DNA of 64,000 bases from Octopus vulgaris (Eukaryota): contig OX597825.1 of assembly GCA_951406725.2 (NCBI GenBank), forward strand, positions 64,480,001 to 64,544,000, read 5' to 3'. Positions 26,000-40,499 of this stretch are shown here, in pieces (the first letter of the stretch is position 1; each line of letters starts with the position of its first letter). The notes beneath the pieces were generated by a model. That model ran no database searches. It worked only from the letters and a program-made list of their open reading frames with translations, and was not told the origin of the DNA. The position numbers and the translations under genes were made by a program.

Positions 26000-26411
26000 T
26001 ATTTCTTTATTGCCCACAGGGGGCTAAACATAGAGGGGATAAACAAGGACAGACAAAGGGATTAAATCGATTACATCGACCCCAGTACGTAACTGGTACT
26101 TAATTTATCGACCCCGAAAGGATGAAAGGCAAAGTCGACCTCGGCGGAATTTGAACTTAGAACCTAACGGCAGACGAAATACCTATTTCTTTATTGCCCA
26201 CAAGGGGCTAAACATAGATAGGACAAACAAGGACAGACATAGGTATTAAGTCGATTATATCGACTCCATTGCTTAACTGGTACTTAATTTATAGACCTCG
26301 AAAGGATGAAAGGCAAAGTCGACCTCGGCGGAATTTGAACTCAGAACCTAACGGCAGACGAAATACCGCTAAGCATTTCGCCCGGCATGCTAACTTTTCT
26401 GCCAGCTCGCC
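26000..26411 (-). mobile_element. SINE B dimer
   Basis: Same junction gacgaaatacctatttcttta as at 5.5 kb; imperfect TSD gcgtaaccacttct / gtgtaaccacatct. Confidence 0.9.
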
Positions 26412-27369
26412 GTGTAACCACATCTGGTCGAAGATTTTCTTTGTTGGAATATTGTGTTTGTTCATTCATGCAAGATTCCCCTCTTAACATCATAGTTGTT
26501 TACCCAAACGAAAGGCCATCATATTAAAGTTGATAAAGCTTGTCAATGATATCCTTCGAAGTGATACTGTCAGAATGTACCAAGTCTGAATCTGCCGCTC
26601 TGATAATTTTGCCAGTACTTTTTTTTTTTTTTTTTTTTTTATATTATCAACATGAAAGGAGTAAAGCAAAGTTGATCTCGGTGCAATTTTAACAAAGAAT
26701 AAATACTGAAATGTTCTCTACCCTGCGAGATAACAAAATAACAAATTCCCCTCTTTACCTTTATAACACATAATACAACTGATTTTTCTTTGTTTTACAG
26801 GATATTATTCTGGACATTATGTAGATATCTATACTGTAAGCTAGCTGAGGAGTTGAAGAGACATTCCAGCTTCACAGGTATAACTCGGTATACGAGTTTA
26901 ACCTCGAACGATCTCGATTTAATTTTGATAATGTAATATTGGTCTAAAAGTTTGGTAAAAGGCCATCGATTTTGGGGGAGGAGTAAGTTGATTACGTCGA
27001 CCCCAGTGCTAACAATTATGCCAGCTTATCCTCTATATCATCACATATATTAATATCGTATCTTCTTAGGGATTTTTAAAGATGTACGTGTACGAAGAAG
27101 GAATTATAAGGGGTGGGGAGTTATTGTAAATAGATAAATAAACATATTCACGCGTGTATGTGCATGTGCTTAATTACAGAATGAAAAGTGATACCTATTG
27201 TACCGGTCAGGAAAAGAAGGTAAGTTATCCACCGTCGTATGACTGGACCCTGAGTGTTTGTAAAGGAGAATACTTTGTTTAAAGTAAGCAAGGCCCAGGC
27301 AGTGTAGCAAAACTGGAAGGATTAAGTCTACCTTCCAAGTAAAAATTGACTTCTGTGACAAGTTTCCCC

Positions 27370-27557
27370 GTATTCTGTTGTGCCTGGGGAGAGTCATTTT
27401 CTCTTTGTGCCTTATAATGTAACATACTCACCGGTAAAATTTCCACTTATTTCTTTTTATTTTAATAAAAATAAGAAATAAGTGGAAATTTTACCGATGA
27501 GTGTGTTACATTATAAGGCACAAAAAGAAAATGACTCTCCCCAGACACAACAGAATA
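27370..27557. repeat. Near-perfect ~190-bp palindrome
   Basis: Arms of ~85 bp with about 4 mismatches around a short AT centre; both strands encode MTLPRHNRI in the ORF track. Confidence 0.93.
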
Positions 27558-29205
27558 TGCTTCAACACACGATCTCATATAAAGAATCTTGCAAACCAAA
27601 TCCCAAAACGAAATTACCCCGTATTATTTGCCCACTATTTCGGTTTAACTTTATACACAAGGTTTTTGCCGAACCCAGCGAACATTTTCCAAATGACCTG
27701 CTGTGTGGTATTTTTTCCGAAATCTGAGAGAAATGAACAGAAGACTAAAGAATACAAGCATGTCTGCTACCACAAAGAAATACTTAAATAATTCTTAACA
27801 GTTACTAACTTTTGTATGCAAGCGAGAAGATATTTTGGTTAAATTTCGATTAGAAATCAACAAAGACGTCGGGGTTAAATTCATTGTTTAATCAACCAAG
27901 TATAAAACTATATAACAATCACAATATCTCGTATATCACTACGTAGACGATGCCATAGTTTAATTCGAACGCATAGAAAAATACAAACTTGCTATTAACA
28001 TGGGGAAGTTAACATTGATTTTTCCTTGATCTAACAGAAATAGAAGCAATATCAATTGTTCTTATGTTTACTTTTCATTTCACATCTACAGACACTCACA
28101 CAGTCTAGATATTGAAACAGAAATAACACAGGCAAACATTCGCCACAGTTTCACTATTTTCACATCAGCGACAATTATTACAGAGTAGTTTCAGTTGACC
28201 ATTGTTTATTTTACTTTAATACAGAAATATAAATACACTGATGAACACTGAACTAAAACTTGCGCTGCCTTCCTATTTGTTTTTACTGTTCTGGGAGTTA
28301 TACTTGTCTTATTTACATAAAATGTAGAATGACAGTCGAAAAGATTTACACTGGAAAATTCAGTCGGTTTATGTTTCTGAGATTAATCCTGACTATGTTA
28401 AATTAATTAATTACTGGGCAACATATTACGTCATGAACGTGCGTGGCCACGCAAGATCGTAATTTCGATTTCCAGACTGAGCGTTGTATTGTGTTTCTGT
28501 GCAAAAGACTTCATTTCCTGTTGTCTCAGTTCATTCAGTTGTAAATGAATAACCCTGCGGCAGACTAAGACCCCTTTGGAGAAAAATGTTTCAATCTCGG
28601 CCACTTATACGCTATGAAACCGGGCAACCGGGTCTTTGAGCACCAAGACTCATACTTACTTAATACTTACTTTAATACTTGCTTAATATATTAGGTCATA
28701 TAATTGCATACAACATCTTTCTTGTTAGATTAAGATTCAACTACAAGTAGGAACTACTATACAAGTGACCATCTGTTGATCGAAATATGTCTTTAAATTT
28801 AACGAGTATTTCTTTGGAGTTGAATGATTTATTTAAAATTTCGTAAAGTCACTCTCAGAAAGCTTTCATCCTCTGTCTCACAGGTACAGTCTTTCCTTTC
28901 ACTGCCACTCGTACGACAATGGTCTCTGCTCCTTTCGACTTGTTGCGTTCATACCAGTTTCCATTTAGGCATTTGCAATCCATTGGTCACTGTTTTGTCG
29001 CAATTCCCTTCCAAAATCCAACTCCCTGCAAGGTTCACTCTCACCACTACACCATGTCCTAACTTTCGCATCCCCACTCCGATTACGTCTTTCTGTAATT
29101 TACATGTGTTGGCTTGTAATGGTTCAAGAAGTGGACCATTTATAGGATCAATCCTTCAAGTATAGGTGGGAATGCGAAACCATATTTAGGCCCTTTCCTT
29201 TAGAC

Positions 29206-30321
29206 CTGGAATCGCCAAAGAGGTCAGCGAGGAATTATAGGGGTTTACGATAGCCAAGGAGTCGAATGGGGGTCGGAGTGCGAAGGACCAGCTCACTCAG
29301 ATGAACTGCTTGAAATACTTAGCGCCATAAAACCTGGTAAAACATGATACATTTTCACTGCAGCGAGAAGTCTGCTATTCCTAATGTTCGAGGCCTCATT
29401 TCGTTATCTGTATTGTAACTGAAGATTGAGAGGTGTGGCTGAGGGGATGCGGACTGTCCAGTGTTTGCTTATGGAAATGACCAGGCCTGCTAGGGGAGAT
29501 AAGATATTAAACGTTTTTGTTGGTAAGTCATTGAAGGTGTTGGATTTGTGAAGCTGGAATGTTGACCACATGAACGCTTTGCCGTCATTTGTCCTGCGGT
29601 TGTCTCTCTATCAGCGAATTGTCTGATTTGAGTGTCGATATTGCGGCGAAAGCCATGTTTGAGATCAGAAGTCTGAGTGACTTTTGGTACAATAAGAAAA
29701 CTAGTGAAAGATACCCATACCTTAAAGCAGCAGCTGAGCCATTCCTTCTGGCATTTCCCAGCTCTTACGTGGTGGAAGCTGGCTTCAGCCTTGCAAACGC
29801 AATCCTCAGCAAACAGAGGAATCGCCTGAACCGCGAGAAACGAGACTAAAACTGACCCGCATTCAGCCTGATATCAATGCCTTGATTCAGTATCACCATG
29901 CCCATGTCTCACATTGATGTTGTCAATTTCAATAAAAGATATTACAGCAATATGATGCGTTTTTCACATTTACTAACCGTGAAAAGCAATTTCATAAAAG
30001 TTCAAAGTTTAATTACTGTATACTTGTACACGTAGTTTTAAATGTAAAACGTGTGTTATTATCTTCAATAGAATTTCTTAATTTATCGTATATGTATATT
30101 TTAGCTAACATTTTAATTGCCAGCATCAGTACCCGGTACGCATTTAAGATATGGTACGGTAGGATAGGGTATGAAGATATTTTAAACGAGGAGGGTGGTT
30201 GATGTGGAAGAAGTGGCTAAAGCGGGGTCAATGCGGAAGGAGAAGTGACTAAATGCGGGGTCGATGCTGATGGAGAATTGGCTAAAAGAAATTGAGGGTT
30301 CCAAAATTTTGGCGACCTCTG
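29206..30321 (+). mobile_element. hAT (Buster/Charlie-like) deletion derivative
   Basis: C-terminal dimerisation-type segment FW..YPYL..FLLAFPSSYVVEAGFS..KQRNRL; imperfect TIRs ctggaatcgccaaa / tttggcgacctctg; 8-bp TSD ctttagac / ttttagac. Confidence 0.85.
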
Positions 30322-33010
30322 TTTTAGACCAATCATGTAGAATATTAAAAGTATTGAAATGTATTAATCATCACGTACGTCATATGTAATGTTCTGTAAT
30401 TTGAGAATATTTTGTTTTCCTTTTTCTGTAGGCATAGAAACTAAAATAGGTTATGATATTCGGAAATACCGCCATCAATTATTCGTACACTAATGCATAT
30501 TAAATATCATCTATGCGGCATGGAATTAGAAAATACATATTTTCTGTTACCATTCGTAAAACGTTTCTTATAAACCGTCTATTCAGAAAACATAATCTTA
30601 TAAATGCTCCTTTACTGAACTACTGTGTATTAAAAATCTATAGGTTCTTAGGAGACCAACTCCACGCAGAGTGAAGTCCCTTGAGGCAGCTTTACCTTGA
30701 GCCCTGTTGTGCATGCGCTCTAAGTTTTAAAGTTTTCTCTCTCATTTCAACTATTTACAGCAGTGCTTGGAAATAAGTGTGTATAGTGTGATAGTCGCAT
30801 TGAGTTCATATATTGAGTTTACATAGTTTTACTGAGGCGGGTAAGATTGTTGAGCCTTAATTCTCTATAACTCTAACTTTAAGTGAAGGTGACTTCAACA
30901 CTTCATTATTGCAAAATGGTTGTCAATATTACGGTGCTACTTCCAGCGCCAATGATTTATAGCAAAGAAAAATGAGACCTTTACGTAACGAAAAAAATGC
31001 AATACCTGGAATACGATAGTGGAAGCCGTTTTTTTTTTTTTTGACAGACTGGACACTGCCACACTCTAGTCTTAGTCATTTTACATTATTGAGCAGTAAT
31101 TATTCATTCAATTGCATAATCGTATTGATTTCTTGCATTGAGCTCAAAGCGGAGAATTTATAACTGTCCATTATTATAGAAAATATCGTATTACTGATAC
31201 TTCTTTTTATCGATGGAATCCAAAAGCGACAATGGTGAAATTTGAAATCTGAGTATGCTAAATAACGGATAGTATTTTGTGAGGCGCTACACCAAGTTTA
31301 TTATCCACTGCCCACTTCCATTATCTCATCTGTTAACATTCATAAAATATGGGGATCTAGTCTAGACATGTGAAAATAAAATTTTATGCATAGGATTTGA
31401 TTGCATTTTGATTTTGCTTTGTTTTTTGCTACTTTTACTTTGAAGTCTTTTTAGAGACGAATACTTGAAAACTTTCACGACACAGCGGTTTACTTGCTTT
31501 CGATCGGCACCCGCACTTTTTCTACTATTTTTTTTTTCAAATACGTCCTTCATTACATCAGAATATTAATAGAGTTTTCAATCATCGCAAAAATACGTTT
31601 TCTTTATTTTTTTGCGGAGATTAATTTTCACTGATAATATTTCAAACGAATTTTTTTTTCCTCATAGCAGTCGCATATTAAATGTTTAATTGCTCAGTAA
31701 TCCTAGTTTTTTTTTAGAATTTTTCCATTCTTGAATGTTCTAATTTGTGTTTTGTGTATCAGAGAGAAATTGTGTGTTATTTGATTTATAAAAATACGCA
31801 GTAAGGTGAGGAAGAGACACAGAAACCGCAGACAACGAATCTAGTTTACTGTTTGATTCCCAGTCGTAGATATCTCATTTCACTTACAATATTAATTTTC
31901 GTCGGATTTATATTCAATTCAAAGAGAGTGATTTCTCGTTGATATATATATCTAATCATGCAAAATCAAATAACAGTCCCTAGTTACTGCGCTAGTTGAG
32001 GTGTCATCAATAAATATTTATACTTTTAATGTGTCTGGAAAACATGTAAAGTTTTATCTAGTTAAACAAGTCTTGCTGTAAAATAGTATAAACACTATTG
32101 CTATGTATAGAAACTTTACTATTAACGTAATATCAGCCTAATCAGTAAAATACCAGTCTGGTTCCTTATATATGCTAATCGCTGGTTTTACGTTCTCCTT
32201 AAATTGCATTCAAACTCAATTATTTAAGGCTTTTATTTTCATTTTATTTCAAGTATTCAATCTTTCGAACGTGGTCATACTGGAGCAAGGATCTCAAGGG
32301 ATATTGTAGTCAGTTATATCAGCCATAGCACATATTATTTCTGTTGCGAATTTATTTATCGATTTCTATTTATCAAAACGTTAGATATCGTTTTTGACGT
32401 AAAGGAGCTGAATATGACGCACTGGTTTTCATTGATAAACATGAAAACAGAGATAAATAGAAATAGAAATAGAAATACGGGAACACACACAAGCACACAC
32501 ACACACAAACACACACGTGCACACGCACACATACTCACGCACACACATGAATATGTATATATATGAGAGCATCTAATAGCTTATATTTATAACTAACTAT
32601 ATTATCTATGAATATATATGCATATATGTTTACATACATATATATATATATGTGCGTACGTCCTATGTTTGTGCACATATATATACATATGTATATATAC
32701 TATATGTGAGCGTGTTCGTGTGTATATGTGTGTATGTATGTAGGTATATATGTATGTACATGTTTGCGCGGGAATGAAAAAATACATGCAAATTAAATAT
32801 TCGTGGCACTTTCAGATTCATAGCTGTTATATATAACACTGTGACCAAGCAGTATAGCATGAATAGCCAACTTCTATATATGATAAATTATATTTGGCAT
32901 TTAAAGCTGTAATATCCGTCGGCATGTTTTTTTTCACACCCATGGACAAAATATTCAAAACATTTACATCGCTTCAGATATGTATGTGTCTGTGTGCGTG
33001 CATGCATGTG

Positions 33011-33081
<71 letters not shown>

Positions 33082-33089
33082 AGATAGAT

Positions 33090-34059
33090 AAATTTCGGAA
33101 AGAATTGTCCCAGGCCATGACAAACTTGATAGCATCCGAGTGTAGTGGTTCAGCAGGGATTTGTTAGAGATGTCCGTCCAGGAATTGCTTGAATTTCATG
33201 GGATCTTTGCCATGTTAGCATGATTTTAAAGAGAGTAGGGTTACTAGAGGTGAAATAGTTATGATTTTTGTAGATGGTGAATATCCAAACCTTGAGTAAA
33301 TGTTTAATGTTGGTGGCAACAACATTTGGGTAATGTTGTTGGAATATTTTCCACATCACGCAAATGATATAGCGCTCGCGGCGGCGATGGGGGTAATAAC
33401 GTTTGACTTCGGACAATCCCAATAATCAGAAACTGACTTGTCATCTATTTCCATTGTGATCAATCTATGGAGTCTAGAATAGAAAAAAATATTTTAGACA
33501 GTTGATTATTTTTTTCGAATAATCCTTCTTATTTTTCTTATAAATGCTCGCGTGTTACACGAGAGTCTGCATAGTTTTACTCATGAAACGTAGTCGAGTG
33601 TGGTATGAACGTTTATTTGTGGCAATGTTCACAAATAGGAGCCGGGATGTACTCATGTTGTTTTGAACAATAGAGTGAATGAAAGGCAAAACAATGAGTA
33701 AAATATATTGGGTGGTTGCTAAAGTCCATGACGGCAAAAGGCTGTATTGGAGCGATATCGTTCTGCGTCACATTTGGTTTCCAGAATCGCAACCTGCACA
33801 AAACCATATCGTAGTCAGAAAGGAAAGGTTTTCTTTCCACCGTGATATTATGGAAAACATCCATATAGTTACTAAACTCTAAGACTAATGTGTTTTTGTT
33901 GAATCTCGTTGGCACAAGAATGATTTGGGACAGGAAAAATTCGTTGATGGATTGGAGAAGCGATTCCACTGTTGCTGTTTGAGGTTGAAATACAAACACA
34001 GTCTTCCAGTTTTGAGTAGACCAGTCGGCAGAGGGAAAATTAGTCATCCATTATTAATA

Positions 34060-34060
<1 letters not shown>
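33090..34060 (-). pseudogene. Decayed CR1/L2-like LINE: endonuclease end placed close to the ORF C-terminus, RT core apparently missing
   Basis: FFLSQIILVPTR..NTL..LSDYDMV (APE end) and RRRERYII..WKI (C-terminus); a related 3' end lies at ~35585-35730. Confidence 0.6.
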
Positions 34061-34106
<46 letters not shown>

Positions 34107-35450
34107 TTGTTCAGTAAAATTTAGATTCAGTTGAATATAGTACTTAAGTTAAAGGTATCAGAATTTAGTATGGTATTATCCATATAATCCTTCGAATTTA
34201 ACTAAATTCTATATTTTATGCAGTTGAAGATTGCTCTACATTTTAACATTGGTGTAATATTTGCATTGTTCAATTAAATGGAGTCGCATAAAACGATCGT
34301 ACTGCATTACCTCTGTTTATCCTGGTTGCTTATTTTGATTATATATATATATATATATGTGTTGCACATAGATATCAAACGTTCTTATGACACACACAAA
34401 ACTGAGTAATAATGTATGCATTGGAGCAATCAACATCATTTTACTTTATCACCCAAATAAGTGCCGCTGATCCATCAGTTATCTAGAAGTTTTCTTGTCC
34501 TAACTAAATCCATAAAGTGTTGTAATAATCTTATCCTTCTGAGAAATTTATTCTATTTCAATCTTAGAACAGTTTCTGATCGTAAATGTTTCATTCTGTA
34601 CGCCTCTATTTAAGAATATCGGTCAGATTGCAATAAATACCAACATAATTTCCATCAATGCTAAATTTCAATAAGAAAGTTCAACATCCCTGAGGAATAT
34701 GTATTCTGCATTGTGTTAAACATCCTTGAAATATGGACGACAGTTTAACGCCTCATACTATATGATTACACTATAATTGAAAGCTGTGAGGAACGCTATC
34801 TCTTACATGCAGACAATTCAACTAGATTATTCTCCCAAATTTCTTTTTTCGATCTTCTATATCATTACATCATTTTCTTTATAATTAATTTACTAAAGGT
34901 TTTGTTAATAAGAATCTGATAAGGATGAAATCTATCTTTGGGGGATATTATAATGATCTATTGTTCATCTATCCAGTAAACATTCCAATATATAATACAG
35001 GCAGAGAAAACAGATCAACATTCCGCTGTGGCATAATTCAGTATGCCATAAATCCATCCAGTATAGCTAGAAGTGTTTCGATAAATCGATAGTTTGGTAT
35101 TTATGTCTTTATTTCAGTGTTATCATTCTGTCCACACTGCTATCTTATCCAATTACTGTGTGATACGCGTCTTTCAAGAGAGCCAGAATATCCCGGACGA
35201 AGTGCACACTTACAATTACTCTAAGTACGCAAAGAAATGTTTAACCACGGCAGGGAACAATTTTAATGAACTCCAGTGAGAAAATTGCTCTTAATATAGC
35301 ATAGCCTTATATCGTAACGAATAATTACGGTTGTTAGTGTTATCAGCACTGGTACTATCTGCCGATGTCAAACGTTTACAAGATACATGCACGCACACAC
35401 ACACACACACACATGCGTGCACGCATGTATATATATACACACACACACAC

Positions 35451-35484
<34 letters not shown>

Positions 35485-36613
35485 TTATGTGTGTGTGTAT
35501 ATATGTATGCATATATATATATATATATATATACATATGTATAAAAATATATGTATACATTATATATATATATATATATATATAAAACTTAGATAAAACT
35601 TAGATATGTTTCGACCAGAGATTGGTCCAGGCCATGTCTAACTTAATAGCACCACCTGATAGGATTATTCGAATCCTGTTTAAGTCAAGTTTTGTTCAAG
35701 TAGTGAGTTCTTGTTGGGTGAGTTGTATCCATATATGTATATGTGTGTATATATATATATATTGATACTGTTAGTTCTATGATCTCTTTAACAGAGCGGA
35801 GAACCCTTGTAAGTAATGTCTACGATTCGGTGTCGATATTTTGCTGTAGCATTTTGGTTCAACGGACGTGCTGGAAGCTCTTTGAAAATCATGAACATCA
35901 ATACTTGCCGTTCTTTAAATCTGAAACATTGAATTTTTGTCAGAAACAGATATTACACTTGTTGTTGTTCTTGTTCTTGTTGTTGCAAAGCATTTATAAA
36001 TCACAAAAACGATTGATACGCTGGATTCATTTGATTGGGCATAAAGTATTCTAATCAATAGCTGTACGTGATGTTGTGGCTTATATAACATTCCAAACGT
36101 CAGAAGTATAAGAAAATCGATTCAACAGTCTGTCGGATAGATTCTAATTCTTGTATTTGACATACGAGGCTGATCTGGCGTCTTTATTTCTGATTGTCAC
36201 TAATACTGTAGTCGAATACCTTCGAAAAGTAGCATAACTGTCGCTTGTATGCGAGTGCAAACTGGCAGAATGTTCGCTTTTACCTATTATTTTTGAGTTC
36301 AATTTAGCCACGAGATGGAGTAAATAACATATGGGTTTTCACATCATTGATTCGGAAGATCATTCAGGATATTATATAGAGGGAGATAGCACGGAACCAG
36401 AGCTCAACTGCTACTCGATACTTTGTGAATAGATTTTGTTTTCATGAAAGAAAGTGCAATACAGTCGATCCAAGAATCGGAACCACAGTTTTTTCTTTTA
36501 ATCCTAATCACAACTGCGGCAATAAGCAACAGAAGCGAAGTAGCGCTTAATGTGTTGAGGCTGGGGTAAAAATTGTTTTCAGAGTATAATGAAGTATATG
36601 TTGAATATAAAAA

Positions 36614-36870
36614 TTAATAAATGCGCCCTTTTAAAGCCTAGCCAGGCTCATGGGCCCGGTTTCCCGGTTTCTATGGCGTATGTGTTCCCCAGCTGGACGG
36701 GACGCCAGTCCATCGCATCGTTACTCATTTTTGCCAGCTGAGTGGGCTGGAGCAGCGTGAAATGAAGTGTTTTGCTCAAGAACACAACGCGTCGCCCGGT
36801 CCAGGAATCGAAACCACAATCTTACGTTCATGATGCTGACACCCTAACCACTAAGCCACGCGCCTCTACA
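36614..36870 (-). mobile_element. SINE family D, full length
   Basis: TSD tgttgaatata at 36599-36609 and 36873-36883; reverse complement of 62569-62828. Confidence 0.92.
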
Positions 36871-37198
36871 TGTGTTGAATATAGGAGTATATAACAAGGT
36901 TGTGACCTGCAGTATAGTATAATGATGCTGTGTGTTATGATGTTTTAAAGTGTACAGTTATAAGGTTTCGTAAACCTCTTCAGAGGAGAGATGTTAAATG
37001 CGTATGAGATTTGCGAAATACTTTCAAATGTATTATCATATTAACATTCAAACATCATATTTTAAAAATTCCTGTTTCCATTGATTCTTCTTTTTACTAC
37101 TTTGAGGTCGGTGATTAACTACCAGCAATATAGACGAAAACTTCTGCTGCCTTTCATTATTCCAATAATTTCAGTGATATATATATATAAATGTGTGT

Positions 37199-37244
<46 letters not shown>

Positions 37245-38041
37245 GAGATGATCTATAATGTTATAATTTATGATGATTTTACTAAAAACAGCAGGCTTTT
37301 AATCAACGTCCATTAACATGATATGCACGTTTTAATCGAGAGTTACGTTTTGTTTATTGGAAATATGTCCGCCAGGAAATCTGAACAACGTCTCAACGTT
37401 CCGACTATTTCCATTGGCTTCCTTTTAATGCTCTCATTCTTCTTGAATGAATTGTCAATGTTGCGTACTTTAGTCAGAGGTCAGTACATACGGCTGTCGT
37501 ATCTAAGTCTGTGTATGTGCGTGCGTGGGAGGAGTTATGCGTGTATGTATGTGCAAGAGTGTGTGTGGCAGAGATAGATAGATATATAGATATTTAGATA
37601 GATAAATTGATAGATACATAGATAGATAGATAGACCATATTTGTAGGCTGGTGAGTTGTATATTTGTGTTCTCACACACACACACACACACACACACACA
37701 TGCATATGTATATATATATATAATCAATTCGAGGATGTCAAGTCCCCACTAGGGAGATTAAATAATCCAAAATTTTGATTATCGTATAAGGAGAAAGTCT
37801 CGACAATATGTTAGGGATTATTACAGTAATACATATTATTAATAATGAAAAAAACAAAATGGAAAACTATGGATGTATAATTAATTTATAAGGCTTGATT
37901 AACACAAATAAATTATAAAGCTAAAAGAAAAAGAAATAGCAGATGTGAAAAACCTAAATATATATTCATACAAATAGATAAGGAGAGAGATGTGGAGTTA
38001 TTATGCGGCTAAAGAAATTAAATATAACAGCATTTTCTACC

Positions 38042-38158
38042 CTGACGAGGAGGTTTTATTGATCCAATGTTTATTTGCTTCTATTACTGGCTGCATACTT
38101 GCGTGAAATAAATCTACGAACTTTATGATAGATCACCGAGCCCCCAGAAACAGCTGTT
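38042..38158 (+). ncRNA. Hammerhead-like motif with ~95-nt stem II region
   Basis: CTGACGA-ggaggttt..gagccccca-GAAA-CAGCTG-TT. Confidence 0.5.
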
Positions 38159-38309
38159 TGAGTCATAACACCTTACATCCTCTCCTTCAAATTTATCTGT
38201 CGTTTGGACTCTGTCTAAGTTTGATCTATTAATGTATCAATATGTATATATTTGAATAAATATTCTTCGTCTGAAAATCTTTAGTCTTTTTCTTCTCTCC
38301 GTTTGCATT

Positions 38310-38382
<73 letters not shown>

Positions 38383-38506
38383 TGTATAGAGGGCATTATT
38401 ACACATAAATGCCTCACACTAAGAGGGACATAAGTCATTACTACCAAAATTTCACTAATCGTACCTAATGCAGTTTTTCAAAGCAGGACATTTAAAAAAT
38501 GAATTT

Positions 38507-38573
38507 AGTTCTATATCACCTGTGATTTCACACTTACCGCATAAAAAATGCGTCTATGCTCATCAGTAGAACT
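38507..38573 (-). ncRNA. Type I hammerhead ribozyme (best-formed in the window)
   Basis: agttcta CTGATGA gcat..gtgt GAAA tcac ag gtga TA tagaact: 7-bp stem I, complete core, near-palindromic stem III. Confidence 0.8.
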
Positions 38574-38760
38574 GATTCTGAACACATCATAAATAAAAGA
38601 CCAACATTACCTGGCGAAGTCGAACAGACATCTGCTCTCTCCGGCGAAGCACATGGAGATGTTTATAAATCATATATTCGGTAAATGGCGGGCTTTTTCG
38701 AACTGCATGTCGGGTGGGAAAAGTTTTTTCGGAATACATTTAACAATTTAGGATAACTTC

Positions 38761-38816
<56 letters not shown>

Positions 38817-38890
38817 TTGGGTGAGTTTACGAAAAAAAACAAAAGACAAAGACAGGTGGTGTACAAAACAAACAGATGTATTAGGATGTA

Positions 38891-38925
38891 TTTTACGTTT
38901 CGAGCCTACGCTCTTCTACAGAAAG
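38891..38925 (-). ncRNA. Minimal hammerhead-like variant, copy 1
   Basis: cttt CTGTAGA A gagc gtag gctc GAAA cg TA aaa. Confidence 0.45.
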
Positions 38926-39790
38926 GGACACAGAAAACAAGGAGAGAAAAAAATGTCTGTAGTGGCTAACGATCTATCATGGCGTCTGAACCTATATATA
39001 TATATAGTTTCGAATATACGAAGAATATATCTGGTATAGAGCAAATGGTTAAAGTCAGTGGTGTGTGAATTTTGGGTTTTTCCAGAGAAGCACTCAGCCC
39101 GAATACTGGGCTATCAACTCCGTCAGGATCATGGCCAAAAGTGGAATACTTCTGGTGTAGTAAATCGAAGTTTCACGACAATTATACCGTCATTCGATTT
39201 GGTATAAAGTAAATAATCCAATGAAAAGAAGTAAGTTTTTTGACACATAGCTAATTATAAGTTACACATGTTTCCGTATCAACTCCATTGGCAACGTCAG
39301 TTTACGCGAAAATTCTCAAAGAGAAATTACGTAATATTTGCTTTTTTATGCATTGGAGGGGCTGTTCCCCCAGACTAGCATTAAAGTCATTTTATTATAT
39401 GGTGTGTCTATCAGACCTATTTGTTACGAAAGTACCGAGAGGAAATAAAAAGTTTAAAAAAATAAAAGTGTGTTTGAAGGAGGCATCTGTGAGGAAGATA
39501 TTACGTGGTGTGGGGAGAGACAACAGTTTGGATGTGTGTTTGTCCGTGCGTGTCTGCGTCACAAACACTCAGACCATCACACATACAAACTCACGTACAT
39601 ACACACATGCTCACACGCATACATGCGTATATATGTGTGTACATATATACACACATACGTACATAAGAACATACACCGACGCATATACACATACACATGT
39701 ACCTACTTGCATATATTTACTTATATATCTATACACACACATATAAACATACATACATATAAATATATACATATATATGTATATATATAC

Positions 39791-39865
<75 letters not shown>

Positions 39866-40499
39866 GTGTACATATGCATACGCACACACAAATATACACA
39901 TATTTACCTGCACATACACACATATACCAGTACTTACATATAGATACTTACACACATACGCACACATGGTGCTTACCGGATTCGAGTAGTCTCGGAGATA
40001 AAGAAGCGTTAATCTACAACGACTTTGCAGACTCCGACTGAGGAGGCAATCGGATGTGAATGATCCGTGTATCTTGTTTTTGTCCTGTTTGCCGTCTGTT
40101 ATGATAGCGTCCGTTTTTTTCCGCATGTTGTGTTTTGTTGATTTCCGTTTGATGTGTTCTTTCTGTACTACCTTTGATATATGAATGCAGCGCCCTGAAC
40201 AACCTGTTGTTTATTTTGTTAAAATATATATTCCGAGAATACTATCAACGACTCTCACCCTCTCTTCCTTCCTCTATTTTTTTCCTCTTGTTCCTTGTTT
40301 TTAATTTTTACAGGAACTTTTCCTGCCAGGTCTGTAGTAGATTTGTGACTATTCTGTGACTCAGAAGTTTTTTTTATCTTCTAGTTTTACCTATTTAGGT
40401 ACTCATGTACTGCCCTCGTGTGTATGTATGTATATATATATATATACACATACATATTTATATACATATAGTAACTAAATACATATGTATATTTACCTG

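Noticed and set aside
34690-34830. CTGAGGA motif as a hammerhead (similar cases at ~39.1, ~39.3 and ~40.04 kb)
   Set aside because: No convincing combination of intact core, stem II and GAAA/stem III
35584-35645. gacca..tggtc-GAAA hairpin on the minus strand as a ribozyme
   Set aside because: No CTGANGA; better explained as a LINE 3' end with a duplicated aaaacttagat tail
35750-36240. Possible decayed restriction-endonuclease-type LINE end on the minus strand
   Set aside because: Only faint C..C/HN-like hints, too degraded to support
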